The notes under the pieces were generated by a model. It was not told where the DNA came from and ran no database searches. It saw nothing but the letters and a program-made list of their open reading frames with translations. The translations under genes and the position numbers were made by a program. Shown here piece after piece: positions 20,804 through 30,001 of a stretch of 64,000 nucleotides of DNA. Each line of letters begins with the position of its first letter. The stretch's first letter is position 1. Source of the DNA: Flavobacteriales bacterium (lineage in GTDB: Bacteria; Bacteroidota; Bacteroidia; Flavobacteriales_F; PHOS-HE28); contig JAHBUL010000001.1 in the NCBI GenBank assembly GCA_019638085.1, positions 127,630 through 191,629 on the forward strand. Direction: 5' to 3'.

Positions 20804-21408
20804 GTACCAGGCCATTGCTTCTTGTATTTCTGCGCGCTCCCGTGCTGGGGAAAGTAAAAACGCGCTTGGCCGCCACCATGGGGAAGGAAAGGGCGCTGGA
20901 GATCTACAAGCGATTACTTCAGCACACCATTGAACAAGGCGCGGCCTTGGACGTGGACCGTCAGGCGTGGTACGCTGATGAAATTGCCGACCCGGAACCT
21001 TGTGCCGAACTGGGCTACTCGGTGTATGTGCAAGCAGGCAGGGACCTCGGCGATCGTATGAAATGCGCGTTCGGATCAGGTTTCTCCGCCGGTCACGGTC
21101 CCATCATCATTATCGGTACGGACCTCCCCCAGCTGAGCGCCGCTCTGCTTCGCGAAGCCTATATGGCGCTGGAAACCCATGATGCGGTGATCGGTCCCGC
21201 CAACGACGGTGGCTACTACCTATTGGGCTTACGAGAGCCATGTGAGGAGGTCTTCAGCGGGAAGGCTTGGAGTTCGGACAGTGTATATGCACAGACCATT
21301 GAAGACCTGCGTCAGCTAGGTCGCACCTACCATACGCTTCCGACATTGATCGACATTGACACGGCGGAGGACCTCAAAAGCGTTGAAATTCCGGGAGTGG
21401 CTCGCTGA
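20800..21408 (+). CDS. TIGR04282-like (DUF2064) nucleotidyl/glycosyl-transferase-like protein associated with ArsS clusters
   Basis: N-terminus STRPLLLVFLRAPVLGKVKTRL typical of DUF2064; ATGA overlap with arsS. Confidence 0.7.
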   Translation: MSTRPLLLVFLRAPVLGKVKTRLAATMGKERALEIYKRLLQHTIEQGAALDVDRQAWYADEIADPEPCAELGYSVYVQAGRDLGDRMKCAFGSGFSAGHGPIIIIGTDLPQLSAALLREAYMALETHDAVIGPANDGGYYLLGLREPCEEVFSGKAWSSDSVYAQTIEDLRQLGRTYHTLPTLIDIDTAEDLKSVEIPGVAR

Positions 21409-21544
21409 TCGCTGAATTACGCATCGCTCATCCCTCATGTCCGGAGGTGCGTTCATCCGGAATCAGCAATATGCGATGGTATCAGAATACTATCCCTTGG
21501 TGATCAGCTTCTTTGCTGCGCTTGCTACCCACTTTATTGGAGGT

Positions 21545-21586
21545 TACCTTTGTGGTCGAATCCGTACTTAGAATCAATCTAAATAA
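21545..21586 (+). promoter_or_regulatory. Candidate sufCDSE promoter (-7 box TACCTTTG) followed by a 9-5-9 palindromic operator GTACTTAGA-ATCAA-TCTAAATAA
   Basis: Seen directly; a homologous module lies upstream of sufA at 38541-38580. Confidence 0.55.
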
Positions 21587-21613
21587 GCCGATCATCGGCA
21601 GATAACGAATATC

Positions 21614-22354
21614 ATGCTACAGATCAAGGACCTCCATGCCCGCATTGAAGGCAAGGATATTTTGAAAGGCCTCAACCTGGAGGTGAACGCAGGTGAGGTA
21701 CACGCCATTATGGGACCCAACGGAAGTGGCAAAAGCACCTTGGCCAACGTATTGGCCGGGCGCGCCGAATACGAGGTGACCGGGGGAAGCGTGAAGTACT
21801 TTGGAGAGGACCTGCTGGAACTGGCCCCGGAAGAGCGGGCGTGGAAGGGCATCTTTCTCGCCTTCCAATATCCGGTGGAGATCCCCGGGGTAAGCAACAT
21901 GAATTTCCTGCGTACTGCATTGAACGAAGGGAAGAAGGCCCGGGGTGAGGCTGAGCTCAGCGGTAAGGACTTCCTCGCTTTGGTCCGCGAACGCGCCAAG
22001 CTGGTGGAGATGGATCCCGCCCTGATGAACCGCAACCTGAACGTGGGGTTCAGCGGGGGTGAAAAAAAGCGCAACGAGATCTTCCAAATGGCCATGCTGG
22101 AGCCCAGACTGGGCATCCTCGATGAGACAGATAGCGGATTGGACATCGACGCATTGCGCGTGGTTGCAAGCGGAGTGAATACCCTGCGCGCCAAGGACAA
22201 CGCCTTTATCGTGGTGACCCACTACCAGCGCTTGCTGGATCATATCATTCCGGATGTGGTCCACGTGATGGCTGATGGCAAGATCATTCGCAGTGGTCCC
22301 AAGGAGTTGGCCTTGGAGTTGGAGGAAAAAGGATACGATTGGGTGAAAGCGTGA
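21614..22354 (+). CDS. sufC: Fe-S cluster assembly ATPase SufC
   Basis: Walker A GPNGSGKST and ABC signature FSGGEKKR, SufC-like throughout. Confidence 0.9.
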   Translation: MLQIKDLHARIEGKDILKGLNLEVNAGEVHAIMGPNGSGKSTLANVLAGRAEYEVTGGSVKYFGEDLLELAPEERAWKGIFLAFQYPVEIPGVSNMNFLRTALNEGKKARGEAELSGKDFLALVRERAKLVEMDPALMNRNLNVGFSGGEKKRNEIFQMAMLEPRLGILDETDSGLDIDALRVVASGVNTLRAKDNAFIVVTHYQRLLDHIIPDVVHVMADGKIIRSGPKELALELEEKGYDWVKA

Positions 22355-22460
22355 TCGCCGATCAGCCGATGAAATACCGATGCCGCTACACAAGTTGCAC
22401 GGAACTCGTGGAACGCATCGTTACCGTCGAGGCAAGGACTCGACCCCTATAAGCATTGAG

Positions 22461-23786
22461 ATGAGCACCGATCAGATAATGGAACTTAATAAGGACGGGA
22501 GATCTCCCGACACGTTGGATATATCAGGCCCCAAGGCCAGTGTGATGGCGCTGTTGCAAGATGGCACCTGGCCCTTGGCTGCAGAAGCTTTTGCTCGGGT
22601 ACAGGAGTTGCCCATCCCCGACAGGCGGACCGAAATGTGGAAGTACACACGGGTCGCCAAGCTCTTCACCGAAACCTATGGCAAGCCCTTGGGCAATGTG
22701 ATCGTGGAACTTCCGCCGCGCATGCCTTTTCCGACCACCCGCGTGGTCTTCGTGAACGGGCATTTCCGCCCCGACCTCAGTGATGACCGGAAGACGGATA
22801 AAGGCGTTGTGATCGACAGCATCTCGCATCACCTGAGCCATGGGCCGCTAAAAGCACTTTACGGACAGATCGCACCCATTGGTGACCGATTGTTCACGGC
22901 GATGAACATGGCTTCGCCCACGGATGGCCTGTTCATCCTGGCCACCAAGGGCTCGAAGACCAGCAAGCCCATCCATGTGCTGCGCATTACCACGCCCATG
23001 AGCGATGGCCAAGCCATGTTGATCCAACCGCGGGACCTTTTCATGCTGAAGGAAGGTGCTGAGGTGGAGGTGATCGATGAGCATATCTCGATCGGGAACA
23101 CCACGTCCTCGCTGGTGAACGGCGTGCGTGAAAGTGTTGTGGGTGAGGGCGCAAACCTCACGCTGCACCTGTTGCAGAATGAACCCGATGGTCCGGCCGA
23201 TATCGGACTGGACAGCGTGAAGATCGCGGCCAAAGGGAATTTCAGCGTCGATACCACGACGCTCTACGGTTCGCTGGTGCGTAACGAATTGAACGTGGCA
23301 CTCGATGGTGCCGAGGCGCATGCCGAACTCAACGGCGTGTACCTGCTCAACGGTACAGCGCACTGCGACAACCACAGTTACATCGGGCACAACGTGCCGG
23401 ATTGCACCAGCGACGAGCTGTACAAGGGCGTAATTGCCGACAAGGCCACGGGCGTATTCAATGGCAAGGTGTACGTGAAGCAGGATGCCCAACGCACCCG
23501 TGCCTATCAACGGAACGCGAATATCCTTCAGGGTGAACATGCCCGCGTGTATTCCAAGCCCGAACTGGAGATCTACGCGGATGACGTGAAGTGCAGCCAC
23601 GGATGTACGATCGGCCGCATGGATGAAGAGGCCATCTTCTACCTCCGCTCACGTGGTGTAAGTGAGGAAGAGGCGCGCCGCATGATGTCGCATGCGTTCA
23701 TGGTGGATGTGCTGGAGCGCGTTACGAATCCGGATTGGAGAAAACACTTGGGCGATATGATCGATGCAAAGTTGGAAGAGCTATGA
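22461..23786 (+). CDS. sufD: Fe-S cluster assembly protein SufD
   Basis: SufBD-family C-terminal region; positioned between sufC and sufS. Confidence 0.85.
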   Translation: MSTDQIMELNKDGRSPDTLDISGPKASVMALLQDGTWPLAAEAFARVQELPIPDRRTEMWKYTRVAKLFTETYGKPLGNVIVELPPRMPFPTTRVVFVNGHFRPDLSDDRKTDKGVVIDSISHHLSHGPLKALYGQIAPIGDRLFTAMNMASPTDGLFILATKGSKTSKPIHVLRITTPMSDGQAMLIQPRDLFMLKEGAEVEVIDEHISIGNTTSSLVNGVRESVVGEGANLTLHLLQNEPDGPADIGLDSVKIAAKGNFSVDTTTLYGSLVRNELNVALDGAEAHAELNGVYLLNGTAHCDNHSYIGHNVPDCTSDELYKGVIADKATGVFNGKVYVKQDAQRTRAYQRNANILQGEHARVYSKPELEIYADDVKCSHGCTIGRMDEEAIFYLRSRGVSEEEARRMMSHAFMVDVLERVTNPDWRKHLGDMIDAKLEEL

Positions 23787-23877
23787 AGAGGAGAACCGCC
23801 AAGACGCAAAACACGCCAAGAATTCACGCCATCCGGTGCATTTCACGTTGCGCTTAGCGTCTTTGCGGTAAAAAACA

Positions 23878-25134
23878 ATGACGAACTCAATCTCAGCGGT
23901 AAAGCCTGCCTTCGACGTGGAGGAGATCCGTGCACAATTCCCGATATTGAAGGAACTGGTGCATGGCAAGCCGCTGGTCTATTTCGATAATGCCGCAACC
24001 AGCCAGAAGCCGCGTCGTGTGATCAAGGCCGAAAGCGCCTACTACGCCAAGATCAACGCGAACGTCCATCGCGGAGTGCATACGCTGAGCACCTTGGCCA
24101 CCGATGCACAGGAGGCCGCTCGCGAGATCATCCGCGCGCACATCAACGCGAAGCACGTACATGAGGTGATCTTCACCGCTGGTACGACGGCCAGCATGAA
24201 TCTCGCGGCAAACAGCCTCGGACAATTGTTATTGAAGCCGGGTGATGAAGTACTCATCAGTGGCATGGAACACCACGCGAACATCGTTCCCTGGCAATTG
24301 GTCTGTGAGCGATATGGCGCCACGTTGAAGGTGATCCCCATCACGGATACCGGTGAGTTGGACATAGCAGCAGCTGAACAGATGATCGACTCATCAGCTG
24401 ATCGCTTAAAGATCCTATCGCTCACCCACGTCAGCAACACGCTCGGCACGATCAATCCGGTCAAGCAGTTGATCGCTGACGCGAAAAAGCGGGGCATCGT
24501 TACGGTACTCGATGGTGCCCAAGCGGTGCCGCACATGGCCGTGGATGTACAGGATCTCGGCTGCGACCTGTACGCATTCAGCGGACACAAAATGTATGCA
24601 CCCACCGGCATCGGCGTGCTATATGGTCGCGAGGAATTGCTGGAGCAAATGCCACCTTGGCAAGGCGGCGGCGAGATGATCGACCAGGTCACCTTTGAGA
24701 AGACCACCTTCGCCAAGCTACCCTTCAAGTTCGAGGCGGGTACGCCGCACATCGCGGGCATCATCGGCTTGGGCGAGGCCTTCCGCTGGATGCAGGACTA
24801 TGACCTGGAGGCCATGGCAGCGCACGAACATGCGCTGCAGGAACATGCAACCAAGGAGCTGCTCGCCATCGAGGGCTTGCGCATCATCGGAACAGCGAAG
24901 GAGAAAGTGGGTGTGATCAGCTTCGTCATTGATGGGGTTCATCATTACGACCTAGGCACGCTGCTCGACCAGCAAGGTATCGCGGTGCGCACGGGCCACC
25001 ACTGCACACAGCCGTTGATGGACCACTTCGGTATCAGCGGGACCACGCGGGCAAGCTTCGCACCTTTCAATACGACCGCTGAAGTGGATGCCATGGTGGC
25101 GGCCACGAAGAAGGCGGTGAAGATGTTGCGATGA
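23878..25134 (+). CDS. sufS: Cysteine desulfurase SufS
   Basis: Class-V aminotransferase fold with SufS-type motifs (FSGHKMYAPTGIG; RTGHHCTQP). Confidence 0.9.
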   Translation: MTNSISAVKPAFDVEEIRAQFPILKELVHGKPLVYFDNAATSQKPRRVIKAESAYYAKINANVHRGVHTLSTLATDAQEAAREIIRAHINAKHVHEVIFTAGTTASMNLAANSLGQLLLKPGDEVLISGMEHHANIVPWQLVCERYGATLKVIPITDTGELDIAAAEQMIDSSADRLKILSLTHVSNTLGTINPVKQLIADAKKRGIVTVLDGAQAVPHMAVDVQDLGCDLYAFSGHKMYAPTGIGVLYGREELLEQMPPWQGGGEMIDQVTFEKTTFAKLPFKFEAGTPHIAGIIGLGEAFRWMQDYDLEAMAAHEHALQEHATKELLAIEGLRIIGTAKEKVGVISFVIDGVHHYDLGTLLDQQGIAVRTGHHCTQPLMDHFGISGTTRASFAPFNTTAEVDAMVAATKKAVKMLR

Positions 25135-25553
25135 ACACCTCATTGAAAGAAGCCCAACAGGAGATCGTGGACGAGTTCGCCATGCTCGGCGATTGGCAGG
25201 ACCGCTATGAGCACCTGATCGAGCTGGGGAAGGAACTGCCATTGATCGCACCCGAACTCAAGACGGATGAGAACCTTGTGCGCGGATGCCAGAGCCGGGT
25301 ATGGCTCACCGCTGAAGATCGGGGAGAAGCCATCCATTTCACTGCGGACAGTGATGCGATGATCACCAAAGGCTTAGTAGCGCTGCTGGTACGTGTGCTG
25401 AACGACCGCACGCCCGAGGAGATCATGGGCACTCCGCTCACCTTCATCGATGCCATTGGTCTGCGCGAACACCTTTCACCCAACCGCAGCAACGGCCTCG
25501 TGGCCATGCTGGACCAGATGAAGCGGTATGCGTTGGTTTATTCCTCGAAATGA
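25131..25553 (+). CDS. sufE: Cysteine desulfuration protein SufE
   Basis: SufE family with conserved Cys in RGCQSRVWL; overlaps the sufS stop. Confidence 0.85.
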   Translation: MNTSLKEAQQEIVDEFAMLGDWQDRYEHLIELGKELPLIAPELKTDENLVRGCQSRVWLTAEDRGEAIHFTADSDAMITKGLVALLVRVLNDRTPEEIMGTPLTFIDAIGLREHLSPNRSNGLVAMLDQMKRYALVYSSK

Positions 25554-25573
25554 GAGCATCGGAGATACATACT

Positions 25574-25631
25574 TGTCTTATGTCCAATGTCCCACGCTTT
25601 GCAAGCGTCATAGGACATCGGACATGAGACA
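25574..25631 (+). repeat. Nested palindrome/stem-loop in the sufE-sufT intergenic region
   Basis: 19-nt arms TGTCTTATGTCCAATGTCC / GGACATCGGACATGAGACA (17 Watson-Crick pairs, 1 G-U, 1 mismatch) enclosing the perfect inner palindrome ACGCTTTGCAAGCGT. Confidence 0.6.
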
Positions 25632-25658
25632 ATACCACCGCACCTGCGGCACATTAAA

Positions 25659-25979
25659 ATGACCAACGAAGAGAAAAAGCAATTGGAGGAGCGCGTGATC
25701 ATGATGCTCAAGACCGTCTATGACCCGGAGATCCCCGTGGACATCTACGAGCTGGGCTTGATCTACGACGTGGTGGTCCGCGATGATGCAAGCATCTACA
25801 TCAAGATGACCTTGACCAGCCCGGCTTGTCCGGTGGCAGGCACCCTGCCTGGCGAGGTGGAGGAGAAAGTGGCCCAGACCATGGGGGCAAATGGCGCCAA
25901 GGTGGACCTCACCTTCGAACCGGCTTGGGACCGCAGCATGATGAGCGAGGCAGCGATGCTGGAACTCGGGTTCATGTGA
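25659..25979 (+). CDS. sufT: SUF-system Fe-S assembly protein SufT (DUF59/MIP18 family)
   Basis: DUF59 signature (VYDPEIPVDIYELGLIY...TLTSPACP). Confidence 0.8.
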   Translation: MTNEEKKQLEERVIMMLKTVYDPEIPVDIYELGLIYDVVVRDDASIYIKMTLTSPACPVAGTLPGEVEEKVAQTMGANGAKVDLTFEPAWDRSMMSEAAMLELGFM

Positions 25980-26038
25980 TGATCGGACGCAGAGACGCAG
26001 AGAAGAATAACGAGACGCTATTACGCGATGAAGTTTCA

Positions 26039-26554
26039 ATGAGCAACGAAGGTATCATCAACAAGGTCGCGTCCAGTGGCATCATCACCTTGGACCTGGA
26101 AGAGATGTATCCCCATGGTGAGCGTGTGGTTTTCGATATAGCACCGTTGCTGTGGGAAGGGATCGCTTTGAAGGAGAAGGATTTCCGGGAGACGTTGAAA
26201 GCCCATGAATGGTCGCAGTACCAAGGTAAGTTCGTAGCAGTGCACTGCTCGGTGGATGCGATCATCCCCACCTGGGCATACATGCTGGTTGCTACCTATC
26301 TGCAACCTCATGCGGCCTTTGTAACACAAGGTGATGCAGAGCAGATGGAGCGAGCTGTGTTCACCCGCTTTGTGCAACAATTGGATGTGGAACCCTACCG
26401 CGGTGCGCGCATCGTGGTAAAAGGCTGTAGCAAAATGGCTGTGCCCTTGAGTGCTTATGTGGAACTGTCGGCCAAGCTGTTGCCGGAAGTGAAAAGCCTG
26501 ATGTTCGGGGAGCCATGCAGCACCGTGCCGCTGTACAAGGCCCCGAAAGCGTAG
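26039..26554 (+). CDS. DUF2480-family protein
   Basis: Typical Bacteroidota neighbour of sufT; start at internal Met 26039. Confidence 0.6.
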   Translation: MSNEGIINKVASSGIITLDLEEMYPHGERVVFDIAPLLWEGIALKEKDFRETLKAHEWSQYQGKFVAVHCSVDAIIPTWAYMLVATYLQPHAAFVTQGDAEQMERAVFTRFVQQLDVEPYRGARIVVKGCSKMAVPLSAYVELSAKLLPEVKSLMFGEPCSTVPLYKAPKA

Positions 26555-26569
26555 CCTAACTTCGGCATC

Positions 26570-28687
26570 ATGCGTTCGGTTTTTTTTCTTTTGACTTTGC
26601 TGTTGCTCGCTCCGGTATTTCCGCAGGTGGGAACACCTTCTGATAGCCTGAACATTCCCGATAGTGAGAATGGTTGGTACCTCAGCCCGCACGGCACCAT
26701 CCGCATCCTGGTGATCTTCGCCGAGATCGACTACGACAAGAACCCCAAGGACGACCCGCAGCCGAAAGCCACCGCCAATTGGCCAAAGGGTGAGCTACCC
26801 ATATGGAAGGATGACCTCTTCGACCCATTCCCTTCGGAACAACCTAAGGCGCAGGTGACGCGGTACTATCACGAAATGAGCCTGGGGCAGTTCACCGTGC
26901 TGGGCGATTACGTGGATCAGCTGATGATCATTCGCGAGAGTGAACAGCGCAACCTGAGGAATTGGAGCGGCATGGCCTGGGAGGAGGCCAACAAAATGGG
27001 TATGCTGCAAACTGCACATAACCTGTCCATTGAGGATTTCGATATGTGGACGGATGGAGGGCGACCGGGTATGCCCAAGCTGAACGTTCCTGATGATCCG
27101 CACAGTTACGATCATGTGATGGTGATCCTGCGCAACAGCAGCCTTACCCACGGGCAAGGCAGCACCGATGCAGGAAGTGCGGGCCTGCTGTTCGGTTATC
27201 CCAGCGACACCCAAAGTCGCTTCGGTGCAATGAACAGCCTTCCTTTTGCGATCCTGAAGCACGAGTTCAACCACCTTCTATTGGGCGGGAACAACTTCCA
27301 TAGCGGTGGAGGTAATGCCCCGACCTTCACCGGATATTTCATTCCTGTACAAGGCGGCTGGAGCTTGATGGGCGCGGCGAACAGCTCGTTGCTCACCGCC
27401 AGTGCCTGGGATCGCGACCGCTTGGGATGGAGACCGGAGGGAAGCCGCTTTCACATTCGTGCAAGTGATCGGAATGACGCAGAGGTGAATGGTGATCTGG
27501 ATCCATTGGCTGGGGATACCGGGATCTATGTTATACGTGATTTCATCACCAGTGGCGATGCTATTCGCATTCGTATGCCTTTCCTTGAAGCGGATGAATA
27601 CCCCCAATGGCTGTGGCTGGAGAACCACCAGACCAAGAGCAATAACGGTTGCCAAATGGATGTGTTCCATTATGAAGAGATGGACTGTGTGAAGCCTGCG
27701 GTGCCCGGCATCTATGCGCAGATGCAGGTGGACAAGGAAAAGAAGACCGGGAGTGGGATCTATGGAGGGCATGCCGATTACCTGCGGCCCGTATTGGCGA
27801 ACGGGAACTTCGATCAGCGCTTGCGCGGCGATACCATCACCTTCAAATGCTTGTGGCCGGGGCCGACCGAACCCTATGTGGTAAAGCGTGCTTGGGCCAA
27901 TCCGTTGAGCGGAACACAGGATCAGGAATTCCCACTGTTCGATAAGAACGGCGATGGCAAGCTTACCCGGAAGGAAGCGAACGCTCCACGTGTGGGCATC
28001 CATGATGGAAAGATGGTGGATGATGCCGCGTACTTGGGTAGTTCGCGTCAGGTGTTCACCCCACAAGGCAATAGGCGTATTGGCATGGGTACCAACCCCT
28101 CCAGTGCGAACATGCTAAGCTTGGCGACCAACATGAGCATGGAGCAGAACCGGGGGAAGAAGCCGGACAACCGCACCGTGTATCTGAACGGCATCAGCGT
28201 GGAGCTGCTGGAACAGCGCAGCGATGGCGCTATTGTACTCCACATCCGGAGTGGCGATACGCGCCTGACGGAAGATGTGCGCTGGTGTGCCGACAGCATC
28301 GTGCTACCCGGACTGAAGGGGTACAAGGGCACCGCGCTCACCTTGGCAACGAGGAAAACGTTGAAGGTGGATCGCTCCGGTACGCCCACGCGTATGGCGC
28401 AACAAGGTGAGAAGGAAGACGGAACGTTCTGGTTCAGTCCGCCCACGCAATTCACCGTGGCAGCGGATGCACGGATGGTGCTGGAACCCAAAGCGAAGCT
28501 TCAGTTACTGAACAACTCAGTGATGCACCTGATGCCGGGTTCCGAGCTGGTGTTGGGCCGAAAAGCAAAGCTGGATGTCCAGGCCGGTTCACAATTGGTG
28601 CTGCATGGCGATGCATCCCTACAGGCAAAGCCGTGTGTTCTTCGCAAGCTGCGGAAGAATGGACGGATCGTGAACGTTCCCGAGTGA
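26570..28687 (+). CDS. Secreted putative zinc metalloprotease (HExxH) of unassigned family
   Basis: Signal peptide MRSVFFLLTLLLLAPVFPQ; HEFNH zinc-binding motif; no T9SS CTD seen. Confidence 0.55.
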   Translation: MRSVFFLLTLLLLAPVFPQVGTPSDSLNIPDSENGWYLSPHGTIRILVIFAEIDYDKNPKDDPQPKATANWPKGELPIWKDDLFDPFPSEQPKAQVTRYYHEMSLGQFTVLGDYVDQLMIIRESEQRNLRNWSGMAWEEANKMGMLQTAHNLSIEDFDMWTDGGRPGMPKLNVPDDPHSYDHVMVILRNSSLTHGQGSTDAGSAGLLFGYPSDTQSRFGAMNSLPFAILKHEFNHLLLGGNNFHSGGGNAPTFTGYFIPVQGGWSLMGAANSSLLTASAWDRDRLGWRPEGSRFHIRASDRNDAEVNGDLDPLAGDTGIYVIRDFITSGDAIRIRMPFLEADEYPQWLWLENHQTKSNNGCQMDVFHYEEMDCVKPAVPGIYAQMQVDKEKKTGSGIYGGHADYLRPVLANGNFDQRLRGDTITFKCLWPGPTEPYVVKRAWANPLSGTQDQEFPLFDKNGDGKLTRKEANAPRVGIHDGKMVDDAAYLGSSRQVFTPQGNRRIGMGTNPSSANMLSLATNMSMEQNRGKKPDNRTVYLNGISVELLEQRSDGAIVLHIRSGDTRLTEDVRWCADSIVLPGLKGYKGTALTLATRKTLKVDRSGTPTRMAQQGEKEDGTFWFSPPTQFTVAADARMVLEPKAKLQLLNNSVMHLMPGSELVLGRKAKLDVQAGSQLVLHGDASLQAKPCVLRKLRKNGRIVNVPE

Positions 28688-28696
28688 GCCTGTTGA

Positions 28697-30001
28697 TCAG
28701 GTTCCGATGGCCATCGGCTTCCTGAACCCGCGTGCCTCCCGGATGATGAACGCTCCCAGTACAACGTATTCGATCGCTAGCCACCAGTACGGCTGTGCAT
28801 ACGGCACACTGCCATAGGTGAGGTAGGTGGGCACGATCAGTAGTGACCAGAGGACAGGCCATCGCCAACGGGTCAGCGGCGCTAAAGCCACCAACGGCAG
28901 GATGTACCACGGATGCACCACTTGCGAGCAGCTCAGGTAGATGGCCAGCAGCCACAACATCGCCTCCGGCCATGGCGTACGCCTGGTTCTCCACAGCCAA
29001 AGCGAATACGCACCTAAGCCGATCAATGCGATCGCGCCCAGCAGCCCGGTGCCTTTCACCAGGGCATCACCAAACAGCCGGCGCAGCCCTTCGAACAGAA
29101 CGCCGTTGAATTCGAGATAGCTCACAAAGAGCTTAAGGATGCTGCCAAGGTGCGCGAAGAACCCGGGAGTGTAGAGCGGGATCCAAGAGGCCACGAAGAG
29201 GATGAGCGTGATCGCGAAAAAGCGGACCGAGCGCCGCCAGCCGAGCTGCGAGGGGATCCATGCGAGTAGGATCAAGGGCCACAACTTGGCGGCTGCGGCG
29301 ATGGCGATGAGCACCGCTGCCGCATCGTAGCGCTTCTGGCGGAACAGGTGGATCGCCCAAAGGCAAGGCGCGATCATCAGCACTTCGCTGTGCAGGTTCA
29401 CGTTGAATTCCATCAGCACCAACGGATTCAGTGCGTAGAGGCCCACCTTCCGCACGCGATCGGGTGCATCCTTCAAGAGCACGCCCAGCGCGGTGATCGT
29501 GGCCAGGTCGAAGACGATGGACACGAAGCGCAGCACGAGCGTGGAGTACCATATATCACCTTGGCCCAAGCCTGCCGCGATCGCGTATACCAACTGCGCG
29601 ACCGGCGGGTACACGGAATGGAAGTGCGGTGAATTCAGCTTCGCATACAGTGCGGGCGTGAAGACCTGCGGCATTGTTTTCACCAGTTCATCCGGCGTGA
29701 ACGCAAATGGGGAGATCCCGTGGATCGAGCAGAGGCCGTCCCAGATGTAGCGGTAGTGATCGTCCGTCCAGGTGATCGGCGCGAGGAAGAGCAGTACCCG
29801 CAGCACGACCGCCACGACCATGAGCTGCTTCCATGTCAGTTGCGATCGGCGATCGACCCACAGATAGGTGAAGAAGGCCGTGCCGAAACCGAGCAAGAGT
29901 TGCAGGCTTTGCGAGCGTGATGGACCATAGCCCAGAAAGAGCACGGCAGCAGCAAGCAAAATGATCGGGACGAGGCGTTGAGCGATGCGCGTGCTCATCA
30001 T
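28697..30001 (-). CDS. GT-C fold membrane glycosyltransferase (DUF2029/GT87-like mannosyltransferase family)
   Basis: Polytopic membrane protein resembling DUF2029; start at internal Met 30001, overlapping the stop of the upstream GT2 gene. Confidence 0.65.
   Translation of the reverse strand: MMSTRIAQRLVPIILLAAAVLFLGYGPSRSQSLQLLLGFGTAFFTYLWVDRRSQLTWKQLMVVAVVLRVLLFLAPITWTDDHYRYIWDGLCSIHGISPFAFTPDELVKTMPQVFTPALYAKLNSPHFHSVYPPVAQLVYAIAAGLGQGDIWYSTLVLRFVSIVFDLATITALGVLLKDAPDRVRKVGLYALNPLVLMEFNVNLHSEVLMIAPCLWAIHLFRQKRYDAAAVLIAIAAAAKLWPLILLAWIPSQLGWRRSVRFFAITLILFVASWIPLYTPGFFAHLGSILKLFVSYLEFNGVLFEGLRRLFGDALVKGTGLLGAIALIGLGAYSLWLWRTRRTPWPEAMLWLLAIYLSCSQVVHPWYILPLVALAPLTRWRWPVLWSLLIVPTYLTYGSVPYAQPYWWLAIEYVVLGAFIIREARGFRKPMAIGT

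Noticed and set aside
18565-21408. Reading the ArsS cluster as a classical arsenic-resistance island
   Set aside because: No arsR, arsB/ACR3, arsC or arsM in the window, so it is reported as an ArsS-type radical-SAM unit of uncertain substrate instead.
22848-23600. 250-aa minus-strand ORF inside sufD
   Set aside because: Antisense shadow. sufD is supported by family similarity and operon context.
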